Made by a program: the position numbers and the translations under genes. A stretch of DNA of 64,000 bases. Origin: Patescibacteria group bacterium UBA6017 (GTDB taxonomy: Bacteria; Patescibacteriota; Saccharimonadia; UBA4664). Positions 1 through 10,436 of this stretch are shown one piece after another. Each line of letters opens with the position of its first letter. Position 1 is the first letter of the stretch. The DNA is taken from positions 86,044 through 150,043 of the forward strand of contig DIZX01000015.1 of the NCBI GenBank assembly GCA_002429485.1. The letters run 5' to 3'. The notes beneath the pieces are model-generated. The model was not told the origin of the DNA, ran no database searches, and was given only the letters and a program-made list of their open reading frames with translations.

Positions 1-3
1 AGG

Positions 4-204
4 ATGCCAAAGCTTAAGACACACAAAGGAATGGCCAAGCGTATCAAAGTGAGCGCTACCGGTAAGCTAATGCACCGTCGTGCCTTCCGTAACCACATGC
101 TCGCCCACAAGTCGGCCTCGGCTAAACGCGAATACGTGAAGGAATTCCAAATTTCTGCTGGCGACAAAGCCAACGTTAAGACAATGCTAGGAAGTTATAA
201 GTAA
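4..204 (+). CDS. rpmI: 50S ribosomal protein L35
   Basis: The 66-aa basic protein [16 protein letters not shown]... matches the bL35 family. It sits immediately upstream of rplT, as in the conserved infC-rpmI-rplT operon. Confidence 0.9.
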   Translation: MPKLKTHKGMAKRIKVSATGKLMHRRAFRNHMLAHKSASAKREYVKEFQISAGDKANVKTMLGSYK

Positions 205-554
205 TGAGAATCAAACGCGGCGTTACTACCCACGCCAAACACAAGAAGCTAAGGGCACAGACCAAAGGCTATAGCCTCGTCCGTCGTGCCAGCGTTCGCC
301 AAGCCCGCCAAGCCGTACTGAAGGCTCTTCAGTACCAATACCGCGACCGCCGCAACAAGAAGCGCGACCTGCGCGGACTCTGGATCACGCGCATCAACGC
401 CGGTGTTCACCAGTTCGGCCTGTCCTACTCCGCCTTCATGGGCGCCGTCAAGAAAGCCGGCATCACTCTGGACCGCAAGATCCTCGCCGAGCTAGCCGTC
501 AGTCAGCCCAAGGCTTTCGAAGCCGTCGTAGACGCCGCCAAAGCCGCCAAGTAG
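204..554 (+). CDS. rplT: 50S ribosomal protein L20
   Basis: The 116-aa protein has the bL20 signature (RIKRG...[13 protein letters not shown]...). Its start overlaps the rpmI stop (ATGA). Confidence 0.92.
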   Translation: MRIKRGVTTHAKHKKLRAQTKGYSLVRRASVRQARQAVLKALQYQYRDRRNKKRDLRGLWITRINAGVHQFGLSYSAFMGAVKKAGITLDRKILAELAVSQPKAFEAVVDAAKAAK

Positions 555-593
555 TCCTTCGCCCCCTCAGACAATACCGTTTTCAATCAAAAT

Positions 594-622
594 GACCTCC
601 TCTAATCAAGGTGGTCTTTTTT
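594..622 (+). terminator. Rho-independent terminator after rplT
   Basis: Imperfect GC hairpin gacctcc-N9-ggtggtc followed by TTTTTT. Confidence 0.5.
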
Positions 623-862
623 GATGTTTATGACCTCACCGTGATAACAGCCCCCATCGCGCCCCATATCAACCCCCGGGCACCCGCATCACATAACATA
701 CCGCCAAACTGACACAAGTTCCCCTCACAAAGTGTCAGTTTGGCGGTACCCCAACCAATATGCGTGCCCAAGATTTTATGTCGAAACGAATTAAAGAATT
801 AATGTAAGAATAAGCAGTATCTTCGCAAAAAAGGATCATCCTAATTATAAGAAAAATTAATT

Positions 863-1981
863 CTATTCGAGCTTAAAAGCCACCGACTGTTCGTCAATAA
901 ACTTTGCTATCTTTTTCCTAAATACCGCACTATCAAACTGCTTTGCTTGCTCCCGAATGACCGCCTCATCAAACTCCATACCTTCAAATCGTTTCACTGC
1001 ATCTACCAATGAGCGCCCAGTCTGATGGTCAAACAAAACCCCTGTTTTGCCATCAATAACGTACTCTGGAGCACCGCCGCCATCAAACGCGATCGTGGGA
1101 GTCCCAGCCGCCATTGCCTCTAGCGGCACCATACCGAAGTCTTCCTCGGGCGGAAACACCAAACCCTTGGCCCCCGCAAACAATCGATCCCGATCCTCAT
1201 CGCTCACCCGACCAAGAAATTCGATATTGCCCTTGGCCCGCGGCCTCTGCCTGGCAATCTCCTCCCCCGCCCCTGCCACCTTCAAGGGCAAACCCAGCGC
1301 GTTAAAGGCATCAATCGCCACGTCGAGCCGCTTCGAAGCCACCTGCCTACCAACGATCAAATAGTAGTCGCGTTCAGCCGAATGCATCTGGCTCAGCTTA
1401 TCGGTAACAATCGGCGGATAAATCACGATCGAGTCCCGATGATAGTACTGCTTAATCCGACGCTTGATGTGCTCGGAGTTGGCCACGAACACATCCACCC
1501 CCTGTGCCGCCTTATAATCAACTCGCCGCAGCACGCCCACCACCAGTGGAAACACTATCCGCGCCAACCAGTTGAACTTACCAAACGGCATGTTCTTCAG
1601 CCGCCACTCATAATCGGTCCAATAGTACCGCACCGGTGTGTGGCAGTAGCATATATGCAGGGTCTTATCGTCGGTTCGCACATACTTCGCCTCCGCTGCG
1701 CACGAGGAAATCACCAAATCATAGCCACTCATGTCCAGCATCTTAAACGGTAACCCTAGAAATATCGGAAACAGCTGATGTTTATGTTTCAAAAGCGGAA
1801 TCTTATCCAAAAACGTCGTTCTCACGTCGGCCCCAGCGAATTCCGGGAACTTTTCGGGCAAATAAGCCGCTGTATATATTGGCGCATTTGGATACATTTG
1901 ATGTAATTCGTACAACACTTTCTCGGCTCCGCCAGGGGAAACCAGCCAATGATGCACCAGAGCCACACGGAGCTGCGCCAC
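863..1981 (-). CDS. Glycosyltransferase family 4 (GT1-fold, GT-B)
   Basis: 372 aa. The N-terminal VALVHHWLVSPGGAEKV motif and C-terminal EDFGMVPLEAMAAGTPTIA (EX7E-like) are typical of group-1 glycosyltransferases. Confidence 0.8.
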   Translation of the reverse strand: MAQLRVALVHHWLVSPGGAEKVLYELHQMYPNAPIYTAAYLPEKFPEFAGADVRTTFLDKIPLLKHKHQLFPIFLGLPFKMLDMSGYDLVISSCAAEAKYVRTDDKTLHICYCHTPVRYYWTDYEWRLKNMPFGKFNWLARIVFPLVVGVLRRVDYKAAQGVDVFVANSEHIKRRIKQYYHRDSIVIYPPIVTDKLSQMHSAERDYYLIVGRQVASKRLDVAIDAFNALGLPLKVAGAGEEIARQRPRAKGNIEFLGRVSDEDRDRLFAGAKGLVFPPEEDFGMVPLEAMAAGTPTIAFDGGGAPEYVIDGKTGVLFDHQTGRSLVDAVKRFEGMEFDEAVIREQAKQFDSAVFRKKIAKFIDEQSVAFKLE

Positions 1982-3465
1982 TAGTAGGCACCTCGGCCAT
2001 TCAATATCGTCAGCACAGTTTTAAACAGGATCTTCATATCCAGCAACAGGCCCCAGTGCTCGACGTAGAAGATATCGAGCTTCACCCGGTCGTCGTAGCT
2101 TATATCGCTGCGCCCCGAAATCTGCCACAAACCGGTGATACCCGGCTTCAAGGCCAAGAAGATCGCGCCCCGCTCGCCGTAGTGCTCCAGCTCAGCGTTG
2201 ATAATCGGCCGCGGGCCGACCAAGCTCATGTCGCCCTTAAGTACGTTGAATAACTGCGGCAATTCATCAAGACTCGTCCGGCGCAAGAACCGTCCCAAAC
2301 GGCTCACCCGCGGGTCATTCTCCACCTTTTGTGCTACCTTAAACTCTTCGACCAAGTCGGGACGGCCCATGGCTTTAAACGTTTGCTCAGCCGACTTGTA
2401 CGGGCGGCCCGGCCCGTCGCAATACCGCCACAGCATCGTCCTAAACTTCAATACCGCCACCGAATTACCGCTGCGGCTCAATCGATGATGCCGAAACAGC
2501 ACCGGCCCCTTGGGGTCGCGCAGCTTCACCAGCAACGCCACCGCCAACAGCACCGGCGACAGCACGATTATTCCAAAGATTGCTCCAAGCAGATCAAATA
2601 TCCGCTTGGCAATCCGGCCCCAACCATCGAGCGGTGTGAGACGTATCTCTATCAACTGCACTCCCGCCAGAGTACCCAGCACCGAATTTGATGCGTACAA
2701 CCCGAATTGGTTTGGCACGAAGCGGTACCCAATCTGATGATTAGCCGCATAGTTCACCAAGTCCAAAATCTCCTCTGAATCCAAGGCCGAATCGGCCTGT
2801 ATCAGCTCGTCCAGACCGCCATCCGGTGCCACCGCAGCCAACGCCTCCTCGAGCGTTGCGAACACCGGGGTTCCCTTCATCCGCTTCGCCGCCCCCTTGG
2901 CCGTATCCACGCAGGCCAGCAGCCTGTATCCCGAGAACGTCTGCCTCAAATCGGGCGCCATCCGCTGAGCAATGTCGCCGCTACCGATAATAATCGTGTT
3001 GTGCACCCCAACCCCGAATTGAAACAACCAACGTTGTAATGAACGCACCAATATACGCGAAGTCAGTACAAAAATCAGGCCCAAGCCATAGGCATATATC
3101 GGCACCGCCTTCGACGGAAACAGCGAAACCGGGCGAAAGAAATCCAGCAAGATAGTTAACATTACTCCGCTCGATACCGCCACGAACACCTTCCCAATCT
3201 CGCCGAGCTTCCCGCGCAAATTGGACTGTGCATACAAGCCGGATAAAGCAAAAATAAGAATCCACAACGGCAACAGAATTGAGATCACCTGAATAAACTC
3301 AATCGCCGGTATCGGATGGGCCACCGGCTTACCCTCAAGCTTCACGCGGAGAATATAGCTCAGTACGAAAGCACTAAGCAGTGCCAGGAAATCTAGTGGC
3401 ACCAGTATTACGCTAAAAAATAATTCGCTTCGTTTGCGCATAATTTTGGTGACTCCATTGTACAC
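1981..3465 (-). CDS. Undecaprenyl-phosphate hexose-1-phosphate transferase (WbaP/exopolysaccharide-type polyprenyl glycosylphosphotransferase)
   Basis: 494 aa with N-terminal TM helices and a C-terminal bacterial sugar-transferase domain (LKGDMSLVGPRP...PGITGLWQISGRS). Its stop overlaps the GT4 start. Confidence 0.85.
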   Translation of the reverse strand: MYNGVTKIMRKRSELFFSVILVPLDFLALLSAFVLSYILRVKLEGKPVAHPIPAIEFIQVISILLPLWILIFALSGLYAQSNLRGKLGEIGKVFVAVSSGVMLTILLDFFRPVSLFPSKAVPIYAYGLGLIFVLTSRILVRSLQRWLFQFGVGVHNTIIIGSGDIAQRMAPDLRQTFSGYRLLACVDTAKGAAKRMKGTPVFATLEEALAAVAPDGGLDELIQADSALDSEEILDLVNYAANHQIGYRFVPNQFGLYASNSVLGTLAGVQLIEIRLTPLDGWGRIAKRIFDLLGAIFGIIVLSPVLLAVALLVKLRDPKGPVLFRHHRLSRSGNSVAVLKFRTMLWRYCDGPGRPYKSAEQTFKAMGRPDLVEEFKVAQKVENDPRVSRLGRFLRRTSLDELPQLFNVLKGDMSLVGPRPIINAELEHYGERGAIFLALKPGITGLWQISGRSDISYDDRVKLDIFYVEHWGLLLDMKILFKTVLTILNGRGAY

Positions 3466-3472
3466 CGCTACC

Positions 3473-4144
3473 TTAAGCTTCTGTAATCCCTATCTGACCC
3501 TTCAACCGCTGCCAATCCACGACATCCGCGAGCGATAGTCCGAGCCCCGTAAAATAAGCCGCAAGCTCGATTGGCGCAAGGGCGCCGACTTCTTCATCGG
3601 CCCTCATTATCGTTCGCATAAAATCATGCTCTTCGCCCGGCATCACCAGCCACTCCTCGACACCGCCCTCCGCGTAATAAGTGGGCGTTACGATACTATG
3701 CGGCTTCACGAATATTACGGCCTCCTCGACTGCTCTGGCGCCCAGCTCCAGGGCGTGCTGCCGAAATGCCGCCAGGGTTTGGCCTCCGTCGGCCAAATCA
3801 TCCACGCCCAATATCACTCGACCCTGGACCTGCTCCCGAACCAGCTGCATCGTGATCTCAGCCTCACCCGCCTCACCGATCCCGGTATATCGTCTTATCC
3901 GGCAAGGCACCACCCCGTGCACCACTCCGTAGCCCATCAGCACATCCAATACCATCCGCGCCGGCAGACCGCCGCCCATCAGTATCGGTACCACCACCAA
4001 ACTATCCGGCTGATCCTTATATCGCGCCAATATCTGCCCTGCAACAACCGTAGCCTTGTCTCTCAGTTCCTCATAAGACACCACCCGAAACCGGCTGGCG
4101 TGATGCTTAGCCAATTTATCGCCGCGCCCAAGGTGTGAGTTCAT
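3473..4144 (-). CDS. Type I phosphoribosyltransferase (HGPRT-like)
   Basis: 223 aa. PRPP-binding motif VILGVDDLADGGQTL; the N-terminal half resembles hypoxanthine/xanthine-guanine PRTases. Confidence 0.6.
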   Translation of the reverse strand: MNSHLGRGDKLAKHHASRFRVVSYEELRDKATVVAGQILARYKDQPDSLVVVPILMGGGLPARMVLDVLMGYGVVHGVVPCRIRRYTGIGEAGEAEITMQLVREQVQGRVILGVDDLADGGQTLAAFRQHALELGARAVEEAVIFVKPHSIVTPTYYAEGGVEEWLVMPGEEHDFMRTIMRADEEVGALAPIELAAYFTGLGLSLADVVDWQRLKGQIGITEA

Positions 4145-4190
4145 GGATTGATGATCGCCAATTTAGTTTTAGTGTAAATATAATTGCAGT

Positions 4191-4540
4191 GTCAGATCAG
4201 TAGTAAGCCGGATTCTGTCATGGATGATCATCTATCTTGGAGCTATGTTGCCATAGCCCTCGTGCGGCACGTACGCTCAAACGAGCGAGCAGCTCCCCTT
4301 GCGGGATGTTTGAGCAGCCTTGCAGCAGACGGGGTTTACCTCTCGCACCGGTCACCCGGATAGACTGTGCGCTCTTACCGCACTCGTTTCACCCTTACCT
4401 GTCTTACGACAGGCGGTATCGTTTCTGTGGCACTTTCCCTACGGTCGCCCGCGATTGCCGTTAGCAATCGTCCTGCTCTATGCTGTCCGGACTTTCCTCA
4501 CCGATGCTTTCACACCAGCGCGATCATCTCCTGATCTGAC
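4191..4540 (-). ncRNA. rnpB: RNase P RNA (bacterial type A)
   Basis: On the minus strand the 5' P1 strand gucagaucag pairs with the 3' cugaucugac. It contains GAGGAAAGUCCGGAC...CAUAGAGCA (P4/CR-I), GGGUGAAACGAGUGCGGUAAGAGCGCAC (CR-II/III) and ACAGAAUCCGGCUUAC near the 3' end (CR-V). Confidence 0.9.
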
Positions 4541-4609
4541 CCCCAGATTATGCCAGAATACAGCCCAAAGTTCAAACATAACAATTATTACGTTGTCGAA
4601 ACTACAACA

Positions 4610-5227
4610 TTAGTCTTTAATCACACGCTCAGAAACATCGATCTTCATCGACCAAGTACTCTTCTGCTTCCGATAATTTTGAAATTCTCCCTCTTCTACC
4701 AAATCAGCCCGCACCGGTTCTATCAGGCGATCTATAAACAATCGCCCGTTCAAATGATCCACCTCATGCTGCAACAAAACAGCCGCCCAACCCGTCACCT
4801 TCAGCGCAATTTCATTCCCCGATCTATCAAGTGCCTCCACCTTCACCGTCGCCGAGCGCCGCGTCTGGCCCCAAGTCGTCGGAAAATTCACACACCCCTC
4901 GTGCTTCTCAACCATCGTCTTTGACCGCCACACAATCTTCGGATTCACCAGCACCTGCAGGTCGTAATATCCCCGCCGCCCGATCGACAGATCCACAATG
5001 CAGATCTGCTTCATCACCCCTACCTGATTGGCGCTCAATCCCACCGTCCCCGGCCGCGTCCGATCCCTCTCCGCCCCCGGCACCGCTTTATTGCCCTTTC
5101 CATAGACAAAATCGAGCAGCGCATCGATCTCCATCTGCTGTTCTTTAACACGAAGCTCCCGCCGGCTCAGCGGCGCACACGCTTGCCTCAGTCGTGGATC
5201 GTCTTCCGCTAGGGGCAAAAAATTCAT
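4610..5227 (-). CDS. def: Peptide deformylase
   Basis: All three PDF motifs are present: GLSANQVG, EGCVNFP and QHEVDHLNG. Confidence 0.88.
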   Translation of the reverse strand: MNFLPLAEDDPRLRQACAPLSRRELRVKEQQMEIDALLDFVYGKGNKAVPGAERDRTRPGTVGLSANQVGVMKQICIVDLSIGRRGYYDLQVLVNPKIVWRSKTMVEKHEGCVNFPTTWGQTRRSATVKVEALDRSGNEIALKVTGWAAVLLQHEVDHLNGRLFIDRLIEPVRADLVEEGEFQNYRKQKSTWSMKIDVSERVIKD

Positions 5228-5239
5228 AATTACTATTCC

Positions 5240-5725
5240 TTAAAGAGTTTTCGCCATCCGCACTAAATCAATGGCACCCCACGGTGTTACCTCACCAGTT
5301 TCCACGTAGCCGAGCTTTTCATAATACGCCTTAAGCCACGGCGCCAGTGACATATAATCCAGTTCAATAACCGCCATGCTAAGATCACGCGCATAATTTT
5401 CAATTGCCTCCATAGTTGCAGGCCCCAACCCCTTCCCGCGCAGTTCACTCGAGACCGTCAGCAACCCGAAATGAAGCTTCTTCGGGTATCTCTCAACGTA
5501 AACACAGCCGACCACCCGACCGTCCTGCTTAGCAACATAAAACTCACTCCGCTCAGTTCTCTTGCGCAGTTCGGAAGCGTTTATGCGAGGCCGCCCCTTA
5601 GCTTCATCCTGATATGAATAAGCATCATTTATCAACGCGACAGTCGCATCGATATCGGTTTCAGATATCCGTTGGAGTGTAATATCTATGAATTGGAAGT
5701 AATTTGCGAGTACCAGCATATTCAA
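5240..5725 (-). CDS. GNAT family N-acetyltransferase
   Basis: 161 aa. Acetyl-CoA binding motif (V..GCVYV...RGKGLGPATMEAIENYA). Confidence 0.7.
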   Translation of the reverse strand: MNMLVLANYFQFIDITLQRISETDIDATVALINDAYSYQDEAKGRPRINASELRKRTERSEFYVAKQDGRVVGCVYVERYPKKLHFGLLTVSSELRGKGLGPATMEAIENYARDLSMAVIELDYMSLAPWLKAYYEKLGYVETGEVTPWGAIDLVRMAKTL

Positions 5726-5749
5726 ATATTAACATTTTCCAATCTATCG

Positions 5750-6280
5750 CTACGCCGAATATGTCCAGCCCGGCTGCCAAGCCCATGGAGCTGACACAAC
5801 CACATCAAGATCCTTGCCCAGCAGATGCTCTTCTAGCCCATATTGGGTCGCCCGATGCCCAATTATCATAATGGTCTTATTGTCATAATTTGCCTTCAGA
5901 TCGGCGAGAAACTCACGCATACGCCTCGATGTGTCCCCATAACTTTCGCCGCCGGCAAATGGTTCGTGTATACGCTTCGCCTTCTGCTCTTCAACCTCAT
6001 TCTTTGGTGCCTGAGTCAGCTCGCCATAGTTGCACTCCCGCAACCGCGAGTCAATGATTATTGGAATCGACGTATCCTTAAATGCAATCGCGGCAGTTTT
6101 GTAGCTTCGCTGTAGATCGGAACAAAACACTACAACGGGCGAATTATCCCTATGCCGCTCACCCAATTCAGCTGATTGGCGAAGTCCCAGCTCTGATAGG
6201 TCAACATCGTTCCATCCGGATGAAAGCTTAGCCTCGTTATCCATCGAGGTCGAATGCGCCTCAAAAATAATCGTTATCAT
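5750..6280 (-). CDS. Histidine phosphatase family protein (phosphoglycerate mutase-like)
   Basis: 176 aa with the PGM-like fold pattern (..HS.S..N.....G..D..L...G..QA..LG..., IMIIGHRATQ). The N-terminal motif is AHS rather than the canonical RHG, so catalytic competence is uncertain. Confidence 0.5.
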   Translation of the reverse strand: MITIIFEAHSTSMDNEAKLSSGWNDVDLSELGLRQSAELGERHRDNSPVVVFCSDLQRSYKTAAIAFKDTSIPIIIDSRLRECNYGELTQAPKNEVEEQKAKRIHEPFAGGESYGDTSRRMREFLADLKANYDNKTIMIIGHRATQYGLEEHLLGKDLDVVVSAPWAWQPGWTYSA

Positions 6281-7683
6281 GATGGCCGTTTACTTCCGAC
6301 TATAGCTCGCCAAACCCCGCGCTTCCCGCTAATTCTCACCCGCCTTCGTTCATTCAAATGAGTCTTGTCATAAACCGAAGGCAAATTAGCCGCACGATAC
6401 TTCTCCCGCAGCGCCTGATACCAACCGACCCCGTAAATCTGCCAGAATTCATCCTCGGGATAATATGCGTGCGCATATAGCCATTTCCTACCCCCGAGTT
6501 CCCGCACCTTGTTTTCAAGCTTACGATTAACATCCACAAACGCTGCCTGAGAGGTAGGTCCAGGACCCCAAACTCCCACGTTTATAATTTGTTCCGCATC
6601 AAGATGGTTAAACTGCAATTTTGAGTCTTTGTCGGGCGGTAAAGGACAAAGCCACAATGGATATATGCTTAGTTCGCTTTCAACCCAGTTCAGAAAATCA
6701 GATCCTGAAGCCGCAGGCAATGCCAGGTCCTGAATAATGTACTCTTGCGAAAATCCGCTAGCATCTAACGCTATATACATCCGGCGAGTCTTCAGGAGTG
6801 GATTAAGCAAAAACCGCGTGAGGCGGCTAAATGGCACCCCAAAACGCTCGAAAACATACCTACCAGTCCAGAAAGCACCCCGATCATACCTAAACAAATA
6901 GTCCTCAAGTGGGTAGCTTTCTGCGAGATTACCGCCCTTCACGGCCTTTTCGACGCCCAAATAAAACCATTGATCGCGGGCTCGCAAACATCGCCGTACC
7001 GGCCCATTCGGCGCATCACTCAAGCGCCCGGCAATAATTACGCCCCGATCCTTCGCGTACAAGATGCCGTCTATAAAATCATAATCCATACTCAGTACAC
7101 GCTTGAGAGTCTCAACCGCATCTGCGGCGCTTATTACAGGCAAATACTCCAACTCCACATATTTAGCGGCCTTAACAAGCTGCACTTGCGCCGCCGTCAC
7201 CACTCCGAGGGAGCCATACGCTCCAGCCGAACCATAAAACAGATCAACGTGGTCTTGGGGTGACGCAATAACGACGCTGCCGTCAGCAAGAATCACCTCA
7301 AACCAATTGAGTGTTCGATTGAAGCATCCCGATTTAAATGAGCTGCTCTCCCCTGCACCACCTTGCAGGCCACCGCCGACCGTAATACCGGGGAACTCCA
7401 TCACCACCTTTGGTATCAGCCCGTACTTAAGCGTTGCTGCTACCAATTTATCCATTGGCACATTGGGCTCAACAGTGGCGGTTTTCGTTGTAGTATCAAC
7501 AACAAGAATTCTGTTTAGGCCCCTTACATCAACCATATTTGCCGCCTTAAACGACTGAGAACGTGTTGAGTTCGTTGAACCATGATAAATCCGAAATGGC
7601 TTTTTCGAATCATAAAACGACCGCACCTTCTCGGCGATCGCTTTTACGGACTGCTGATGTTGTATGTCCAAAATATCGTTCAT
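6277..7683 (-). CDS. FAD-binding oxidoreductase (PCMH-type FAD_binding_4; DHCR24/DprE1-like fold)
   Basis: 468 aa. FAD-binding segment (YHGSTNS..., FPGITVGGGLQGGAGESSSFKSG). The start overlaps the phosphatase gene stop. Confidence 0.7.
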   Translation of the reverse strand: MNDILDIQHQQSVKAIAEKVRSFYDSKKPFRIYHGSTNSTRSQSFKAANMVDVRGLNRILVVDTTTKTATVEPNVPMDKLVAATLKYGLIPKVVMEFPGITVGGGLQGGAGESSSFKSGCFNRTLNWFEVILADGSVVIASPQDHVDLFYGSAGAYGSLGVVTAAQVQLVKAAKYVELEYLPVISAADAVETLKRVLSMDYDFIDGILYAKDRGVIIAGRLSDAPNGPVRRCLRARDQWFYLGVEKAVKGGNLAESYPLEDYLFRYDRGAFWTGRYVFERFGVPFSRLTRFLLNPLLKTRRMYIALDASGFSQEYIIQDLALPAASGSDFLNWVESELSIYPLWLCPLPPDKDSKLQFNHLDAEQIINVGVWGPGPTSQAAFVDVNRKLENKVRELGGRKWLYAHAYYPEDEFWQIYGVGWYQALREKYRAANLPSVYDKTHLNERRRVRISGKRGVWRAIVGSKRPS

Positions 7684-7696
7684 ACTAAATAATTCC

Positions 7697-7772
7697 TGGT
7701 CGGGGTGACAGGACTTGAACCTGCGACCTCTCGGCCCCCAGCCGAACGCGCTACCAACTGCGCCACACCCCG
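7697..7772 (-). tRNA. tRNA-Pro (anticodon GGG)
   Basis: Cloverleaf: acceptor cggggtg/caccccg, anticodon loop cuGGGgg, T-arm GGTTCAAGTCC, CCA encoded. Confidence 0.85.
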
Positions 7773-7813
7773 ATAACTGTCAAAGTATGCTTCAAAATGC
7801 TCCTCATGGCAAG

Positions 7814-8245
7814 CTACCGTCCGGTATGACCGAATGCGCCTTCGCCTCGTTCCGTCTCATCATGCTCGTCCACCACCTCAAACGTCGCCCTCTCCACCGG
7901 CGCCACCACCACCTGTGCAATCCGGTCGCCATCGGTCACAGTGTATGACTCAGCCGACAAATTCACCAGTATCACCATCAACTCGCCGCGATAATCAGAA
8001 TCAATCGTTCCCGGCGAGTTCACTATCGAGATCCCGTGCTTGGCCGCCAACCCGCTCCGCGGCCGCACCTGAGCTTCGTACCCCGCCGGCACCGCCAGAT
8101 ACAGCCCGGTTGGAATAAGCGCCCGCTCCAGCGATCCCAGCCTCACCGGCGCATCAATATTGGCACACACGTCAAACGCCGCCGCCCCGGCCGTCTGATA
8201 CTCCGGCAATGCGTGCCGGCTTTTATTGATTACCCAAACCTTCAT
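7814..8245 (-). CDS. dut: dUTP diphosphatase
   Basis: 143 aa. dUTPase motifs ([22 protein letters not shown]-terminal FGHTGR). Confidence 0.9.
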   Translation of the reverse strand: MKVWVINKSRHALPEYQTAGAAAFDVCANIDAPVRLGSLERALIPTGLYLAVPAGYEAQVRPRSGLAAKHGISIVNSPGTIDSDYRGELMVILVNLSAESYTVTDGDRIAQVVVAPVERATFEVVDEHDETERGEGAFGHTGR

Positions 8246-9204
8246 GAGACTCCCTCCAGTTGCGCAGCTTCAAGTCGATCTCCACGCGCATCAATAGCAC
8301 TAATCGCGTAAGCACAGCCCAAAATCACTGCCGCCCCCGCTAGCGCCATCACAGAAGGTATTTCCCCGTACAGACAAAACCCGATCACAGTTGCGAATAC
8401 CCCTTCCAGCAGGAGTAAGTTGCCCACTACGTAGGCTTTTAGATGACCAAAAACATAATTTATCAGGAACAGTCCTACCACGTTCAGCACCGAGGACATG
8501 CCCAGCCCAATCCAACCGCTCATAGAAATATGTTGAGGTATCACAGGCTCATGCAGGGCCATAGAAACAATAAAAAGCGGGATCCAGGTGAGCAACAATA
8601 TTAACGTGGTGTTTTGGTAGTTCGAAAACGATTTTGGGTGGTAGCGCGACAGCATGTAGCCTATATCAAACCCCAACATGCCAATAATGGCGGCCGTTTC
8701 GCCCCAGCCAACCTGTAGCGAGTCTAGCCTCAGGCCCGTCAGCATAGCCAAACCCACCACCGAGATGACGATGAAGGGCAAGGCGGCCAGCCTCAGCTTC
8801 TCCCGAAACATTACCCAGCCCAAAATACCAAGAATCGGCAGCGACGATACAAACGACACCGTGCTCAAATCGGCGTTCAGAATCGCAATAGTAAAGAATC
8901 CTACCCCGATTGTATTCGCAAGAAATCCCCGTAGGCCGTACATAGCCCAATCTCGACCTCTTATCTGCCGCAGAAAATCAACACTAAAGCTGCGTCGAAA
9001 AACCACCAACGCGATCAATCCGGCAAGGAACATCCGCAAATACACCTGCTGCCAAGGAGCAAAACTGCCGTCCATCATTCGAACCCAGACGCCCATGAAA
9101 ACGAAGAGCAGCGCCAGCAACACTGTGGCCAGTACGGGCTTTATTTTGTTAGCGGTCGTTTTTGTCACTGTATATCCGTATATAATTTCAAGCCTCCGTG
9201 ACAT
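8242..9204 (-). CDS. EamA/DMT family transporter
   Basis: 320 aa with about 10 predicted TM helices and two EamA-like repeats. Overlaps dut by 4 nt. Confidence 0.65.
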   Translation of the reverse strand: MSRRLEIIYGYTVTKTTANKIKPVLATVLLALLFVFMGVWVRMMDGSFAPWQQVYLRMFLAGLIALVVFRRSFSVDFLRQIRGRDWAMYGLRGFLANTIGVGFFTIAILNADLSTVSFVSSLPILGILGWVMFREKLRLAALPFIVISVVGLAMLTGLRLDSLQVGWGETAAIIGMLGFDIGYMLSRYHPKSFSNYQNTTLILLLTWIPLFIVSMALHEPVIPQHISMSGWIGLGMSSVLNVVGLFLINYVFGHLKAYVVGNLLLLEGVFATVIGFCLYGEIPSVMALAGAAVILGCAYAISAIDARGDRLEAAQLEGVS

Positions 9205-9385
9205 CGTCGCAGCCTACCAACTTTTCCCTGCGTGAAGCAGGTGGGTGCCCTCAGTCACAAAGTCCACGGACTAGGACAATCTTGAGCTCCCGTTGGTAGT
9301 AGTACAGAGAAAAATCTATGAGCTGCTAACGTATGGCACAGAGACTCCTCTATTGTACGGGTCCTACCATCAAGAGCAAGCGGAT

Positions 9386-10018
9386 CTATAGAGCTGCGCT
9401 TGCCGGCACCAGCAGCCGAACAATGGCAATGATGACCGTACCTACCACTGGGGCAATAAATTGATACCCCAGCAGCATCACCGCCATGAGCATCACAAAC
9501 CCGGCCTGTTCAATCCGGTCCATCACGTCGCGCATGCCTTCCGGGGCCATAGCATACAGCAACCGCGAGCCGTCGAGCGGCGGAAACGGAATCATGTTAA
9601 AGACAAACAAACCGACATTCACCAATACGATCGCAAAGAAAAAATCCTGAGCAACCGCCGCCAACGGTAAGAAGTTCAGGCACATGGCAAAAAATATCGC
9701 TAAGATCAAGTTCGTAAACGGTCCGGCCATTGCCACCAACGCCGCGCCCCACCGTCCGCCCCGCACCGCCCAGGGGTTAAACGGTACCGGTTTGGCCGCC
9801 GCAAACACCACCGGCGAGCCCACCAAAATCAGCAGCAACGGCAGCGCCAGTGTGGCGAACGGGTCGATATGAGATAGCGGATTGAGCGTCAGCCGCCCCT
9901 GATCCTTGGCCGTCGTATCCCCTAAATAGTGCCCCATCCAGGCGTGCGCAAACTCATGCAGTGTCAGCGCCAGGATGAGTGCGATTACTTGTTCGGCAAT
10001 TTGAATCGGATTGTGCAT
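9386..10018 (-). CDS. Site-2 protease family zinc metalloprotease (M50)
   Basis: 210 aa polytopic membrane protein with an HEFAHAWMGH (HExxH) motif inside a TM helix and a downstream LDG motif. Confidence 0.75.
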   Translation of the reverse strand: MHNPIQIAEQVIALILALTLHEFAHAWMGHYLGDTTAKDQGRLTLNPLSHIDPFATLALPLLLILVGSPVVFAAAKPVPFNPWAVRGGRWGAALVAMAGPFTNLILAIFFAMCLNFLPLAAVAQDFFFAIVLVNVGLFVFNMIPFPPLDGSRLLYAMAPEGMRDVMDRIEQAGFVMLMAVMLLGYQFIAPVVGTVIIAIVRLLVPASAAL

Positions 10019-10104
10019 GCAAGCATTGTACTATAATCTCGCTCTAGTAATTGACTTACCAGATAATATTAGCTACACTAACAAAGTTGTTTTAAGGAAT
10101 TCAC

Positions 10105-10347
10105 ATGTCATACGCATGCGACATCACAGGCAAGGGGAAGCAATTCGGTAATAACGTACCGTTTTCCCAAAAGAAGACCCGCAAAGTCTGGAAGCCAAAC
10201 CTTCAGCAAAAGACCATCCTCATCGGTGGCCAGAAGGTTCGCCTCAAGCTTGCTACTTCTACTATTCGAACTCTCAAGAAGTGGGAGCGCGAGGAGATTG
10301 AGCGCGCCGCCAAATTGGCCGCCAAAGCCGCCCCAGCCGCCGCTTAA
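10105..10347 (+). CDS. rpmB: 50S ribosomal protein L28
   Basis: 80 aa. The N-terminus (C..TGK....GN.V..S...T.R...PNLQ...) is typical of bL28. A strong terminator follows it. Confidence 0.85.
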   Translation: MSYACDITGKGKQFGNNVPFSQKKTRKVWKPNLQQKTILIGGQKVRLKLATSTIRTLKKWEREEIERAAKLAAKAAPAAA

Positions 10348-10363
10348 ATCCCCCGCCCCATTC

Positions 10364-10392
10364 AAAAAACCGCCCTCTCGGGCGGTTTTTTT
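10364..10392 (+). terminator. Rho-independent terminator after rpmB
   Basis: aaaaaaccgccctctcgggcggttttttt: a perfect 7-bp GC stem followed by a T7 run. Confidence 0.85.
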
Positions 10393-10436
10393 GTTCTATC
10401 GAAACTTTTTAAGTGTATCGTCGGGCGATGTTTCGG

